In this document: piece after piece, positions 17,156 to 27,783 of the stretch
Numbering within the stretch: position 1 is the first letter of the stretch
How the letters are laid out: the number at the start of each line of letters is the position of its first letter
IMG/VR virus record: IMGVR_UViG_3300020045_006652
Location: 1 to 41,169 of that record
Reading direction: 5' to 3' (one strand)
Length of the DNA: 41,169 nt
Source: a virus
Lineage: Duplodnaviria > Caudoviricetes
Position numbers and translations under genes: made by a program
Notes under the pieces: model-generated
What the model saw: the letters and a program-made list of their open reading frames with translations, nothing else
Databases searched by the model: none
What the model was told of the DNA's origin: nothing

Positions 17156-17735
17156 TATACCACTGAAGACTTATATGGACATTGCAAACGGTGGCGACGT
17201 TTTGCAGATAGTCCTTTCCGGAACTCCTTCAGCATTTGAAATTTCAGAGCAATGGGAGTCAATTGTAAGCCAGAACAACCGCGAAAACGGGTCTAATTTA
17301 TACGATACTTACTTTGAAAACTTCCAGGAATACTATAGACTCTGCAATGAGTACGTAATGATTAGGGCAATATTGCTTCGTTGTAACATCGCGACCACGG
17401 TAGAAGAGATCAAAAAACACGTCGACTATGTGAACATCAGGGGGTATCGACTTAACATAAAAGAAGGGATTGATTCTCATAAATTCATTGAAAGCCTTGA
17501 CAGGGCATTTTCCAAATGCGATAACCTGAAGACACGAATCCAGATGAAGCTCAATGAAATCAAAGCCTCCAATGTAGAGGGAAATAATGATTCATTTGAT
17601 GATGTGATGGCAAATTTAGTATCTTTATTGCAGACGAACGTCGATGATGATATTACATTATCTCGATACAATAGTTTTCAGAAGGTTTTGAAGCGTAGGG
17701 TGAAAGGAGGGAAAGAACATGCCGGTACTGAATAG
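17007..17735 (+). CDS. Putative tail assembly chaperone (start uncertain: 17007, 17046 or 17175)
   Basis: Helical protein immediately upstream of the tape measure gene. Confidence 0.55.
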   Translation: MHAILRQVFYLKSMVKKIFSGFLERVLIFFWRKSKKTLSNSSPRFYCYDDIPLKTYMDIANGGDVLQIVLSGTPSAFEISEQWESIVSQNNRENGSNLYDTYFENFQEYYRLCNEYVMIRAILLRCNIATTVEEIKKHVDYVNIRGYRLNIKEGIDSHKFIESLDRAFSKCDNLKTRIQMKLNEIKASNVEGNNDSFDDVMANLVSLLQTNVDDDITLSRYNSFQKVLKRRVKGGKEHAGTE

Positions 17736-20613
17736 GTCAGATATTGTAGATGATAGCCTCATACCGTATCTAAATGAAGTACGGGCAAGCCTTGAGGGTA
17801 TAATTGCCACAGGTCAGAAGTCAGGCGCAGCAATTCAGGGAGCCGGATCAACCGCGAAGATCAAGCAGGAAGTAGACCAGATGACTGAATCTGAAAAGCA
17901 ACTTGCGAAGGTTACCCAGCAACTCGTCACTATCCAGGCAAAAAACAACGAAGCATACATTGCACAACAAAAGGCGGTAAACTCCGCTAACCAGGCATTA
18001 AAGCAACGCTCAGAATTAGGTGACCGGGATGTAAAAACAATCAACGCGCAAAACGCCTCCATCAAGCAGCTTGAAATATCCCTGAAGGCAAACCGCGAGG
18101 CGTACAAAGCACTCACCACAGAAGAGGCCAGAAACTCAAAAGAAGGTCAGGCTCTATTGAAAATTATCAAAGAGCAGGATGCGGCAGTAAAGAAATTAAA
18201 CGGCGAGATCGGCGATCATCGCGATAATGTCGGCGATTACGAAGGTGCCATGAAACGCCTGAAGGCAGAATTGAAGCTTGCCAAGGATGAGCTTGTAGTA
18301 ATAGGCCAAACGTTAGGAGCAGATTCCGAGGAATTCAAGATAGCCGCTGAAAAAGCAGGCCAATTGACTGACGAAATAGGAGATCTGAACGACGCCACAA
18401 AAGCAGTATCGGGCGGTCCTTTCGAGAATCTTGGTAACATATTCGGCCAGGTTACCGGTAAGCTGAGAAACCTTGACTTCAAAGGAGCAAGTGAATCAGC
18501 GGGTCAATTCGCGAAAGCATCAAAGCAAATAACTTTTAAACAGGCAACTAGCGAATTAGGCGGGCTTGGCAAAACACTTGTTCAGGTCGGTAAGGCTATT
18601 TTAACAAATCCGCTGTTCATACTCACGGCGGTAATCGTTGGAATATCAGTCGCCCTTATATCTCTCAGGGATAAAATTGCACCGGTTCGCATGGCGTTTG
18701 AATTTGCCGGTCAGGCTGTTGACTTCGTAATACAGAAATTAAAAGACTTCCTCGATTTTTTAGGGCTTACAACATTTGCCGCAGACGAGAAGGCAGATAA
18801 AATAATCAGTGCGGCACAGCGTGAAATAGATTTCATCAATAGCCGGTATGATGATGAGATTGCCGTGGCCGCTTCCGCTGGAAAGGATGTTTACGACCTT
18901 GAGGTAAAGAAACAAAAGGACATTATAAAGGCTGCTACTGCCGGCATCAACTCTTTATTCACCCTTCAAAAGAATCAAGGCGGTAAGTTAAACGAAGAGC
19001 AAAAAGGTCAATTAAATGCGTTTGTAGATGCATACGCGAAGTCTGTACAGCAGATACAGATCCTTGAAAATAACAAGAACAAAGAACTTGAGCGTAAGCG
19101 TAAAGAGGCATTCCTGAAAGAGCAGGGTGATTTATTTAAGCTTCAGCAATTCAGACTTCAGGTTGCTATTGAAGATCAAAAGCTAATTGCGGAGAATAGC
19201 AAAATGAGTCAGAGTGCCCGTGTTGAGGCCGCTGGAAAAGAAATAGAACTTCGCAAAAAACTTGCTCAACTCGTCCGGCAGAATGCACTGAAGGAAGAAA
19301 ATCTTACTACAAGCGCAAAGAAACTCATTGAGGCACAATACCAGGAATCACTAAAGGACATTACCAGGGAAGGCCAACAACAAGTTGCGGCTATTAATAA
19401 GGAAATTGCCGACAAAGAAGAGGAAGAAAGAAAGAAGCGCCTTGAAAGAGCCAAACAGATGGCTCAAAAAGAAGTCGATATTGTGCAGCGTGCACTGGAT
19501 ACTGAGGTCATGGCCATACAACAGGCCGCTATTGATGGGCTAGTATCGCGTGAAGAGGCTGAGAAAGCAATACAGGAAGTGCTTAAAAAAGGCGCTGATG
19601 ATGTTATCAATGCGCAAATAAAATCACTTCAAGACGTTTTGGCGGCTGAAAAACTCACGGCAGATGAACGAGCAGAGATAGAAAAGCAGCTGTATAAATT
19701 AAAAGTAGATCTTCAGGACGCATATTTTAATGCAATTGCAGACAAGGAAAAGTCATCACTTGAGCGTACACGCGAGAATTTAGAGAAGCTATCCGGGCTG
19801 TATCAGGATTTTGCATCAGGAGTTACAGACCTTTTTGCGGCGTTTACAGAACGCAGGCTGCAGTCCATCGATGAAGACGAGAAAAGAAACGACGAAACAC
19901 GGGAAAGCGAGCTTGAGAAAGAGGATGAATTCCTTCAGGGACAACTAGCAAACGAAACATTAACCGAAGAACAGAAGGCTCAAATACAAGAGCAATCGGA
20001 TATCCGGAAAGCGAATATTGAAAAACAAGCTGAAGCCAGGCAGGAGGCGATAGATAAGCGCAGAAGGGACGCTCAAACAAGACAGGCAAGGCTAGATAAG
20101 GTTGCGGCCCTCATTGGCGCGGCAATCAATACGGCATTAGCTGTTACAAAAGTTATCGGCCAGGGCGGTATTTTCGGTATCCCACTAGTACCCATAGTGG
20201 CAGCCTTGGGGGCAATCCAGATCGCTGCAATTGCCGCGCAGCCAATACCTAAGTACGCACTTGGTACGGATAACCACAAAGGCGGGTTAGCAATCTTGGG
20301 CGATGGAGGAGGTTCTGAAATGTTCATAACACCTGACGGTAAAATCGGGATGTCGCCAGATACAGATACCGTTATGGATCTTCCACGTGGAACACAGGTA
20401 ATACCACATGATGAGACTATGAGGCGCTTGGCTTTCACTGGTATGTCATCCAGCAACACACGGGGCGATAGCTCTGATGTCATAGCAAAAGGATTTAAGA
20501 GTCTTGAAAGAACAATAAGGAATGAGCCGAAGCACATCATCACCGGGAAGATTACGGGATCCAAGCGCGCAGGTACTCGAGTGAATTACATCGAATCACT
20601 ACGTAACAGATGA
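17719..20613 (+). CDS. Tail tape measure protein
   Basis: 964 aa coiled-coil; RDNVGDY, TNPLFILTAVI hydrophobic segment, AIQIAAIAAQPIPKYALGT C-terminus. Confidence 0.88.
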   Translation: MPVLNRSDIVDDSLIPYLNEVRASLEGIIATGQKSGAAIQGAGSTAKIKQEVDQMTESEKQLAKVTQQLVTIQAKNNEAYIAQQKAVNSANQALKQRSELGDRDVKTINAQNASIKQLEISLKANREAYKALTTEEARNSKEGQALLKIIKEQDAAVKKLNGEIGDHRDNVGDYEGAMKRLKAELKLAKDELVVIGQTLGADSEEFKIAAEKAGQLTDEIGDLNDATKAVSGGPFENLGNIFGQVTGKLRNLDFKGASESAGQFAKASKQITFKQATSELGGLGKTLVQVGKAILTNPLFILTAVIVGISVALISLRDKIAPVRMAFEFAGQAVDFVIQKLKDFLDFLGLTTFAADEKADKIISAAQREIDFINSRYDDEIAVAASAGKDVYDLEVKKQKDIIKAATAGINSLFTLQKNQGGKLNEEQKGQLNAFVDAYAKSVQQIQILENNKNKELERKRKEAFLKEQGDLFKLQQFRLQVAIEDQKLIAENSKMSQSARVEAAGKEIELRKKLAQLVRQNALKEENLTTSAKKLIEAQYQESLKDITREGQQQVAAINKEIADKEEEERKKRLERAKQMAQKEVDIVQRALDTEVMAIQQAAIDGLVSREEAEKAIQEVLKKGADDVINAQIKSLQDVLAAEKLTADERAEIEKQLYKLKVDLQDAYFNAIADKEKSSLERTRENLEKLSGLYQDFASGVTDLFAAFTERRLQSIDEDEKRNDETRESELEKEDEFLQGQLANETLTEEQKAQIQEQSDIRKANIEKQAEARQEAIDKRRRDAQTRQARLDKVAALIGAAINTALAVTKVIGQGGIFGIPLVPIVAALGAIQIAAIAAQPIPKYALGTDNHKGGLAILGDGGGSEMFITPDGKIGMSPDTDTVMDLPRGTQVIPHDETMRRLAFTGMSSSNTRGDSSDVIAKGFKSLERTIRNEPKHIITGKITGSKRAGTRVNYIESLRNR

Positions 20614-22805
20614 AGAAATTCAAGCAGGTTATAATATCGAATGACTCCGGTGAACGAATTGAGCTCAATGATTCTCCTTTAGGTTGGGACGCCAGTAAAT
20701 ACAATCTGATCAGGGATTTGAGGTATTTCGGTGTATTCAAAAAGATAAGTGTTGAATTTGAGTTTGTTGGTGACGGTTATAAATTCCTCCAAGATCATTA
20801 CCTGAGATACGGTGTGGATGCTGACCTTATACATCGCATTTACAAACGTGTGAATGGCGGTTACAAATTTCTTGTTGATTCTAAAATCAACATGCTCAAC
20901 TTTGATGATGATCGTAAGTCGAGAAAATTTAAGTGCGATCTTATCCAGAGTTCTTTTGTACAGAAATTTCAGAATAGAGAGGACGTAAAACTTAACGTAC
21001 TGAATAATATTTCTATGGATAGAAACCCTATCAATCCGGTTCCTACAGTGCCGGTGATTTTTAGAGGTAAGACCATAAAATTCTATTCAAACTTTGAGGG
21101 AACTTACCAAGTTAATGGCGAAAAGTACCACCATATATGGCCTTTCCTTTTGAAGGAGAACGGAAATCCAGGTGTTCAGGAGGCCAATGCGCAACAGTTG
21201 GATGAGAACACAGATGAATTGCTCATAATCAACAATGCACTGTATAGGAATGACTTAACTGAAACTCAGACAATTTCAATAGACTGGCTCATACAATGGG
21301 CTGGTAACAAAATAAATTTGCCACTTTCTGTAGAGGTCAGGCACTCCATGTATCTGATGAATCCTGATAATAGCATTGACTCAACGCTTTTTCAAGAATC
21401 AAAAGTATTTAACAGCCTAACTCCTACGATTTACAATTATGTGTACAACGATACTGTGTCCGTTGATCCCGGGCAGTACATTATTTTTATTTGTGAAAGG
21501 CTGAACGCATCGACGCACAACCCGTTGAATTTTGCTGATATGGATGGTATATTCCTTAGTTCATACGTTAGGTATGATTCTATGTCATTGACTATATCTC
21601 AGGATAGCACATACGCCGACAGCAGCAGGCCAGTTACTTTTCCTCATGAGCTTTTAACAAATCTTATCGCCCAGATTACAGGCATTGATAATGCTGTGTA
21701 CTCTGAATTTTTCGGAAGGACAGACTTAGGATATGCTGCCGATGGTGAAGGGGCTTTATTGGCCATCACAAAAGGCGATCTTCTTAGGGGTGTGGATATA
21801 TCAACCACACAAATAAGTACGTCCATGCGTGATGCATACACGTCGTACAGCGCTGTTTTTAACCTTGGAATACTTATACGCGACAATCAGATAGTAATTG
21901 AGCCTAAAGACAGATTATTCAACAATAACATATCGGCAAACCTGGGTGAAGTTGCCGAATTAATAATTACACCTACTTCAGAGTTCTTATTTAATTCTGT
22001 AATCGCCGGGTATCCAAATGTCGAGTATGAGCAACAAAACGGTCGAGACGAGTTTAATACTATCGTACAGTACACGAATAGTCTGAAGGTAGTCAAAAAG
22101 GAATTGGATCTAAAGAGCATCTACAACGGCGACGGATATGGAGTCGAGTTCGCAAGAAGACTTTCAATTGAAACTACCGGGTCCAGTGATTCGAGGTATG
22201 ACAACATGATCTTCTTCATTGACCTGATTAGGGACGGCGACGGATATAAAACAAGGAGGCTTGAAGGTATTGACTATGTCGATGGTATTTTCAGCCCTGA
22301 TACTGCTATGAATCTACGGATTTATACAGGTCAAAATCTATTACGATGGGGTAAGTACCTAAACATTCCATTGCACACTAAATCGGATCGGTCGTATTTC
22401 TTTCAAACAAAGGAAAAAAACTCTGCTATAAAACTGATTACCCCTGCTGGCGAAACAAACGACAGGGAAGACATAAATCTTGGGGATGCAGCTTATTTTC
22501 TACCTGAAGAAAAGCAATTCAAAAGCCCTATAACACTGGATACGCTTTTTTCTATACTTGAAAATCCTCTTGGCATCATCAGGTACACGTATAAAGGTGA
22601 ATCTTTTTTTGATTATCTTTTCGAGGTCGATGCGGAAACCGATAAATCTACAGGTCAATGGAGAATGCTAAGCACTAAACCAAGCCCTGTGCAAGTTGAT
22701 ACACCTGATTTACTTGGTGACTACATTAAATACGGTGATGGATCTAATGATTTTGTGGCGCATAATAATAGCGTGAATGATATTGTGAAGTATGGGGACA
22801 ATTAA
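20610..22805 (+). CDS. Tail tip/hub protein
   Basis: Follows the tape measure gene; PLGWD, GRDEFNT, NLRI.....LLRW. Confidence 0.65.
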   Translation: MKKFKQVIISNDSGERIELNDSPLGWDASKYNLIRDLRYFGVFKKISVEFEFVGDGYKFLQDHYLRYGVDADLIHRIYKRVNGGYKFLVDSKINMLNFDDDRKSRKFKCDLIQSSFVQKFQNREDVKLNVLNNISMDRNPINPVPTVPVIFRGKTIKFYSNFEGTYQVNGEKYHHIWPFLLKENGNPGVQEANAQQLDENTDELLIINNALYRNDLTETQTISIDWLIQWAGNKINLPLSVEVRHSMYLMNPDNSIDSTLFQESKVFNSLTPTIYNYVYNDTVSVDPGQYIIFICERLNASTHNPLNFADMDGIFLSSYVRYDSMSLTISQDSTYADSSRPVTFPHELLTNLIAQITGIDNAVYSEFFGRTDLGYAADGEGALLAITKGDLLRGVDISTTQISTSMRDAYTSYSAVFNLGILIRDNQIVIEPKDRLFNNNISANLGEVAELIITPTSEFLFNSVIAGYPNVEYEQQNGRDEFNTIVQYTNSLKVVKKELDLKSIYNGDGYGVEFARRLSIETTGSSDSRYDNMIFFIDLIRDGDGYKTRRLEGIDYVDGIFSPDTAMNLRIYTGQNLLRWGKYLNIPLHTKSDRSYFFQTKEKNSAIKLITPAGETNDREDINLGDAAYFLPEEKQFKSPITLDTLFSILENPLGIIRYTYKGESFFDYLFEVDAETDKSTGQWRMLSTKPSPVQVDTPDLLGDYIKYGDGSNDFVAHNNSVNDIVKYGDN

Positions 22806-24780
22806 CCAGAGTTTCAGAGTCCAGATTCCAGTGGCGAACGCGGTTCGATTCACGCAGGAAAACGTTCTTGATAATCAACGGGCGCGGTACGATCAAGTTA
22901 GATTTTCACAGGCCAAAAACGCCACCACAAACCAACGCAAGTTTTTCGAGAAGTTTGAAAAAACTGATCCAATAAGGGTTCAGTATTACACAAACTACCC
23001 AATGCACAAGCTTGACCTAGTGGATTGCGATGATGTCGTTATCGACACATATTCCCCGGCAATGATCAAGCAGTACCAGAATCTAAAGTACAGATCTGAT
23101 TGCAAATTTGCATCGATTGATGGAAAGCTTTTCATTTATTTTGTGCAAGGCGTTGAGTATTCAGATCCTGACTTTCTTGTTCCAGGTGACTCATATTCAT
23201 TGCTCGGAAGACTGCCATCAATAAACGCAGAAATCGGCGATGAACTGAGATATAATATCCAGGACATGGGATTTGAAAGTACCGTTATTTCTGGCATTGT
23301 TTGGAATGTTGCCCTGCAAGCTGAGGGCTACTTGACAGACGTTGACATTACCCTTGGAACTCCTGTAGATGGCGTTGTAGAAGTCACTTATGACGAGAAA
23401 AATAACGATCTATTCGGACAGCTTGTAGACATATCAGGCCTTGATGATGGTAATTATTTCCTTCGCCTTCATTTTGGAATACAAGCGTACTCAAGAACAT
23501 ACTTAACAGAACCTTTAGATATTGCAGATGAACATCCTAAAAGCCTGCTTTTAGAGTATCGGCATGACGGTGAATTCGATTCTGACGATATTTGGGGCTA
23601 TTTGTATAGTAGTGATTGGGTGAATGCGATCCGTATAGACGCGGATCTTTACCTACTCAAGCCTGCCGGGGAGATCGACAACTACAATGATGACTTCGGA
23701 GTAAGTAAGAAACTGCGCGCTGTACCGTTCAGACAGGTAACATTCAGCATATTAAACATCCCATCCTGGGCGGCTGACAAACTCAACGTAGTTTTCGCCC
23801 ATGACACTAAAATAATCAACGGTGAGCAGTGGGAAAATGACGACTTCGGAACACATGAAAGACCGAACGCAAAAATAGATGTTGGAACTTATAGTATCGA
23901 TTTGAGATTTGTTGAAGATCGCCTTAATAAAAACGACGAAGAGATTGTTTCACTCGATGCTGAGTTTGACCCTGACACATTAGAGGATGTGCCCTTTGAA
24001 GGTGATACCTTTAATGTTGATTTCACATCCAATACACCCGGCGTTTTCTCATTTGAAGATATACCGTCATGGATTCATCCTGATGTCACAGAGTTTTCGG
24101 ATGGTGATACTATTGAAATTGTTATCGATGAGAATGAATCTTTTATCGGTCGATCATTCCAGCTTATTGCAAGATGCCCGGATTATGAAGGACTGATTGC
24201 GACTATCGACGTGTCTCAATTGTTTGATGAGGATGCCATTGAGTACATCGACACAGATATTGATGATGTAGATTTTAATGGTAACGATGGAGAAGAGCAA
24301 GTGATTAACGTTTCATCTTCCGGTGATTATGATATTACTGTTACTGGATTTGCCTTTACTGTTGTCAAGCAATCAGGGTATAGTCAGATCAAGATAACAA
24401 CGCCTTCAGAAAATGATGGATTAGCGAGCAGAACCGCTACAGTTAGACTGGCGTTGATGTCAAATCCATTGGTATTCAAGGATATTTCTGTTACCCAGAT
24501 ACCTCTAATGGTTGTTTCTCCTCCGAGTATTTACATGACGAACAGCACAGCAAAGGCGATAAGCGTAACTGTTACTGTATCGACTGGCACCATGTATCAG
24601 ATGAGTTCTATCACAAGCTGGATAACGATAGATGCCATTATCAGAACTGGCACACAGACTTTTGACATATTCATTTCACAAAATTTATTATCTTCGCCAC
24701 GGGTTGGTTCGGTGACATTTACAGATTTAGTAAATCCATCTAATGATCAAACTTTGGTGATACAACAAAGCGGGGCGTAA
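22792..24780 (+). CDS. Tail tip protein with C-terminal BACON/Ig-like repeats
   Basis: Three repeats of the type SWI...N....R...V......I.V.Q. Confidence 0.65.
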   Translation: MGTINQSFRVQIPVANAVRFTQENVLDNQRARYDQVRFSQAKNATTNQRKFFEKFEKTDPIRVQYYTNYPMHKLDLVDCDDVVIDTYSPAMIKQYQNLKYRSDCKFASIDGKLFIYFVQGVEYSDPDFLVPGDSYSLLGRLPSINAEIGDELRYNIQDMGFESTVISGIVWNVALQAEGYLTDVDITLGTPVDGVVEVTYDEKNNDLFGQLVDISGLDDGNYFLRLHFGIQAYSRTYLTEPLDIADEHPKSLLLEYRHDGEFDSDDIWGYLYSSDWVNAIRIDADLYLLKPAGEIDNYNDDFGVSKKLRAVPFRQVTFSILNIPSWAADKLNVVFAHDTKIINGEQWENDDFGTHERPNAKIDVGTYSIDLRFVEDRLNKNDEEIVSLDAEFDPDTLEDVPFEGDTFNVDFTSNTPGVFSFEDIPSWIHPDVTEFSDGDTIEIVIDENESFIGRSFQLIARCPDYEGLIATIDVSQLFDEDAIEYIDTDIDDVDFNGNDGEEQVINVSSSGDYDITVTGFAFTVVKQSGYSQIKITTPSENDGLASRTATVRLALMSNPLVFKDISVTQIPLMVVSPPSIYMTNSTAKAISVTVTVSTGTMYQMSSITSWITIDAIIRTGTQTFDIFISQNLLSSPRVGSVTFTDLVNPSNDQTLVIQQSGA

Positions 24781-24785
24781 GAAAA

Positions 24786-25355
24786 ATGAGCGGACCAAGG
24801 AAATTGAATTCACCTGATATAGTTACTGCGATTCCGCAGGTAACAGATCTGTTTTATTTTGCAAATCCTACGAATGGATTAGGGCGAAAGAATACTATCT
24901 CATCACTAGTATCGTTATTGGCTTCATCGATAGCCGCGCCAGTAAGGTCATACGCTGACATTACGGCTATGCTTGCAAATCTTGATATACCCGTTTTGTT
25001 TTTTGCCTTCGTAGCTGATGCAGAAGATGATCCGGATGCAGGCGCAGGGTGGGGTTTGTATTTGTATCAAACCGGAGATCGTGATGAACTGTCCAGTTAT
25101 ACACTCATTATGTATGAGGCGTTTTCTGGCGGTGGTGGCACCGTAGACCATTGGCGTGGATCTCAAGCTATCGCAGATGCTTACCCGGCAGCAGGCACAG
25201 GAAGCGGTACAGCGGGCGCAATACAGGCAGGTGATACTTACTACCTAACTGTTTCAAGTACGCTTGGTGGTGATTTATGGAATGCTGGTACATTGCTAAT
25301 CGCTCTGACGAATGCACCCGGAACAACTGACGCAAACTGGTTAAAAAAAGCTTAA
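24786..25355 (+). CDS. Tail-associated/fibre adaptor protein
   Basis: Position; GSGTAGAIQAGDTYY..LIAL...PGTTDANW. Confidence 0.55.
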   Translation: MSGPRKLNSPDIVTAIPQVTDLFYFANPTNGLGRKNTISSLVSLLASSIAAPVRSYADITAMLANLDIPVLFFAFVADAEDDPDAGAGWGLYLYQTGDRDELSSYTLIMYEAFSGGGGTVDHWRGSQAIADAYPAAGTGSGTAGAIQAGDTYYLTVSSTLGGDLWNAGTLLIALTNAPGTTDANWLKKA

Positions 25356-25360
25356 AAAAT

Positions 25361-25630
25361 ATGAAAGAATTTATTCAAGGCATGGCCGCAAAAACGGACT
25401 GGATGAAGACTATAGTAGGTCTCACTTTCGTTTGGGTGTTCTGTTACGCGGTGGTTTTGATTCTCAATTACTCGATACCAGAAACAAATTCTGAAATAGC
25501 ACACTTCATGATAGGTGAGATTTCCGGTGTGGCTCTGACAATTGCATCATTCTACTTCGGAAGTTCAAAAGGATCACAAGAGAAACAAAGAACACTTGAC
25601 AAAATCACAGATGAAAAAATCAATCCTTAG
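25361..25630 (+). CDS. Holin-like two-TM protein
   Basis: Two hydrophobic helices and FYFGSSKGSQEK, as in small phage holin-like families. Confidence 0.6.
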   Translation: MKEFIQGMAAKTDWMKTIVGLTFVWVFCYAVVLILNYSIPETNSEIAHFMIGEISGVALTIASFYFGSSKGSQEKQRTLDKITDEKINP

Positions 25631-27770
25631 TCTTTTAATATTACTCCTTTCCTTCGCATCGTTCGCGCAGCAGGATAGTGATACCCAGTTATCAAATCAG
25701 TCTGTTAGGGAGATTAAGAACAAGCCGCTAAACCAAACCAGGTTAGACGCAATTCTTCAGGATATGATCGATGCGAAGCTTTCATGGCTTTCTAAGATCA
25801 CGACCGTATCCGGGACAACGTACACTATCGATAACGATGATGCAAATGGTATAATCTATGTCACCAATGCGTCCGGTTGTACGGTTACAATGCCTGCAAG
25901 CGTTTCTGATTCTTTGGTTTTCAACTTCCTTGCCGACAGCGGCGCAGGGGATATCCTTTTCGTGGCTTCCGGTGGCGCGGATCTTGATGCACCTAGTGAC
26001 ACACTTGTTACAGCAGGACAGGCCGCAACATGGGTGAAGATTAACGCAACAGATTACAAAGGTTTTGGGGCGTTAGGAACTCCATCAGCTGGCGGCGGCG
26101 GTGGTTCTGGGGCATGGGCTGACCTTACCGGAAGCCCAACGGATAACACTGATCTAGTAGCCTATATCGACGGAGTTGGCGATACATTGAAACGTTATAA
26201 TCGCATCAGATCGGCAGGCACCGGGCTCACCCAAAGGTCAACTTTCAATCTGTCCAATGGATTGAGCGGTGCTGATGACGGAACAGCCTTGGCAACGAAT
26301 CTATATTGGGGTGGAAGACTTGGTTTTGATACTGAAATAGGCGGGACTACGGGTAGCTTTGGGATAATCTTTGGGCAAAACTCGGGTAGTTCTGATCTGT
26401 TGAAGTTTTTCTCTGTTACCGTAAATGACGGTGGCACGGGAGGAATTCTTTTAAGACAGAATAATTCATACGGTGTGTACATCGGGGGCACTACTGCGGG
26501 CGCAGATAAAATTCTATTGTCAGCCACACAAACCAAAGTGGATGCGCCTTTTGTGCTTCAAGGTTACGCCACTGGGTCATTACCTGCGGCTGCATCGCAC
26601 CCAAAAGGTATAGCATACGACAACACTACAAACGAGGTAAAATTCAGTGACGGGTCATCCTGGGCGGCAGTTGGCGGTGGCGGTACTATCCCTGACGGAG
26701 ACAAGGGGGATATTACAACTTCATCATCGGGCACAGTATGGACGATTGACAATAACGTCGTTACAGCGGCTAAACTCGCAACTTTATCAAGTGCTGATCT
26801 GGCCGGCAAACTCACTGACGAAGCCGGCACCGGATCAGTTTTATTTTCAGAGCGTGATGCCAATGTACAAACAGCTTCGTACGTTCTAGTTTTAGCTGAT
26901 AGGGCAAAAGAGGTATACATGAATGTTGCAACGGCCAATACGGTTACGGTACCTCCAAATTCTTCAGTTGCGTTTCCAGTTGGGTCCAAGATTTCAATCA
27001 TATCTACAGGCGCAGGGGCTACGTCTGTTGTTGCCGGTTCCGGTGTTACAATCAATTCTTCATCCGGTACACTGGCCGGGCCAAGCCGATATAATGTGAT
27101 GATGCTTACAAAAACCGCGACGGATACCTGGTACCTGTGGAACGGTGAACCTCCATTTTCAGGGGCAGCATTGACGGCTACAGATGGGCAATTAGATTTT
27201 ACCGTTACCAACGGATCAACCGCCCTGGTTAATGCGGCGAACTTCACAGCCAATTTGAACGGGTTGTCAACGGGAAGCATCGGCGATCTACTGACCTTCA
27301 GCGCTACCAACACATTCACCAATATTGCGCCGGTAACAGCCGGAAGATATTTGAGATCTGCGGGTACGTCGACTGTTCCGGTATGGTCTACATTGGTACT
27401 TCCAAACTCTGTAAATGCTAACAGGATAGTATACGGATCTTCATCTAATACTTACGGTGAGAGTGCAAACCTTACTTACGACGGAAGCCTTTTCACGGTA
27501 ACCGGTGGAACTCAATGGGGATACGCGGCAAAGACAGCAAACTATACCATAACTACAGCCGACAGGTTCATAGAATGTACCGCGAACAGTTTCACCGTAA
27601 CCCTACCGACTGCGGTAGGAAAGGCTGGTTTTGTAATCACGATTGATAACAGTGGGGCCGGAACTATTTCAATAGCTACAACCGGAGGACAAACTACTGA
27701 AATTTCTTCCCTAGCCGCAGGAGAAAAAGCAAGTCTATATTCGAATGGATCAGGATGGAGATCATGGTAA
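25611..27770 (+). CDS. Modular tail-fibre-like protein with Sec signal peptide
   Basis: Start moved to ATG 25611 (MKKSILSLLILLLSFASFA-QQ); G/T/S-rich; DGDKGDIT and three Y-T-x-x-x-x-D...TVT(L/V/M)P modules. Confidence 0.75.
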   Translation: MKKSILSLLILLLSFASFAQQDSDTQLSNQSVREIKNKPLNQTRLDAILQDMIDAKLSWLSKITTVSGTTYTIDNDDANGIIYVTNASGCTVTMPASVSDSLVFNFLADSGAGDILFVASGGADLDAPSDTLVTAGQAATWVKINATDYKGFGALGTPSAGGGGGSGAWADLTGSPTDNTDLVAYIDGVGDTLKRYNRIRSAGTGLTQRSTFNLSNGLSGADDGTALATNLYWGGRLGFDTEIGGTTGSFGIIFGQNSGSSDLLKFFSVTVNDGGTGGILLRQNNSYGVYIGGTTAGADKILLSATQTKVDAPFVLQGYATGSLPAAASHPKGIAYDNTTNEVKFSDGSSWAAVGGGGTIPDGDKGDITTSSSGTVWTIDNNVVTAAKLATLSSADLAGKLTDEAGTGSVLFSERDANVQTASYVLVLADRAKEVYMNVATANTVTVPPNSSVAFPVGSKISIISTGAGATSVVAGSGVTINSSSGTLAGPSRYNVMMLTKTATDTWYLWNGEPPFSGAALTATDGQLDFTVTNGSTALVNAANFTANLNGLSTGSIGDLLTFSATNTFTNIAPVTAGRYLRSAGTSTVPVWSTLVLPNSVNANRIVYGSSSNTYGESANLTYDGSLFTVTGGTQWGYAAKTANYTITTADRFIECTANSFTVTLPTAVGKAGFVITIDNSGAGTISIATTGGQTTEISSLAAGEKASLYSNGSGWRSW

Positions 27771-27783
27771 AAAATTCAAGTAA

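Noticed and set aside
26564-27322. 252-aa antisense ORF and other opposite-strand ORFs within structural genes (e.g. 20073-20564, 12573-12944)
   Set aside because: Shadow frames of Gly/Thr/Ala-rich sense genes with no motifs or expression signals
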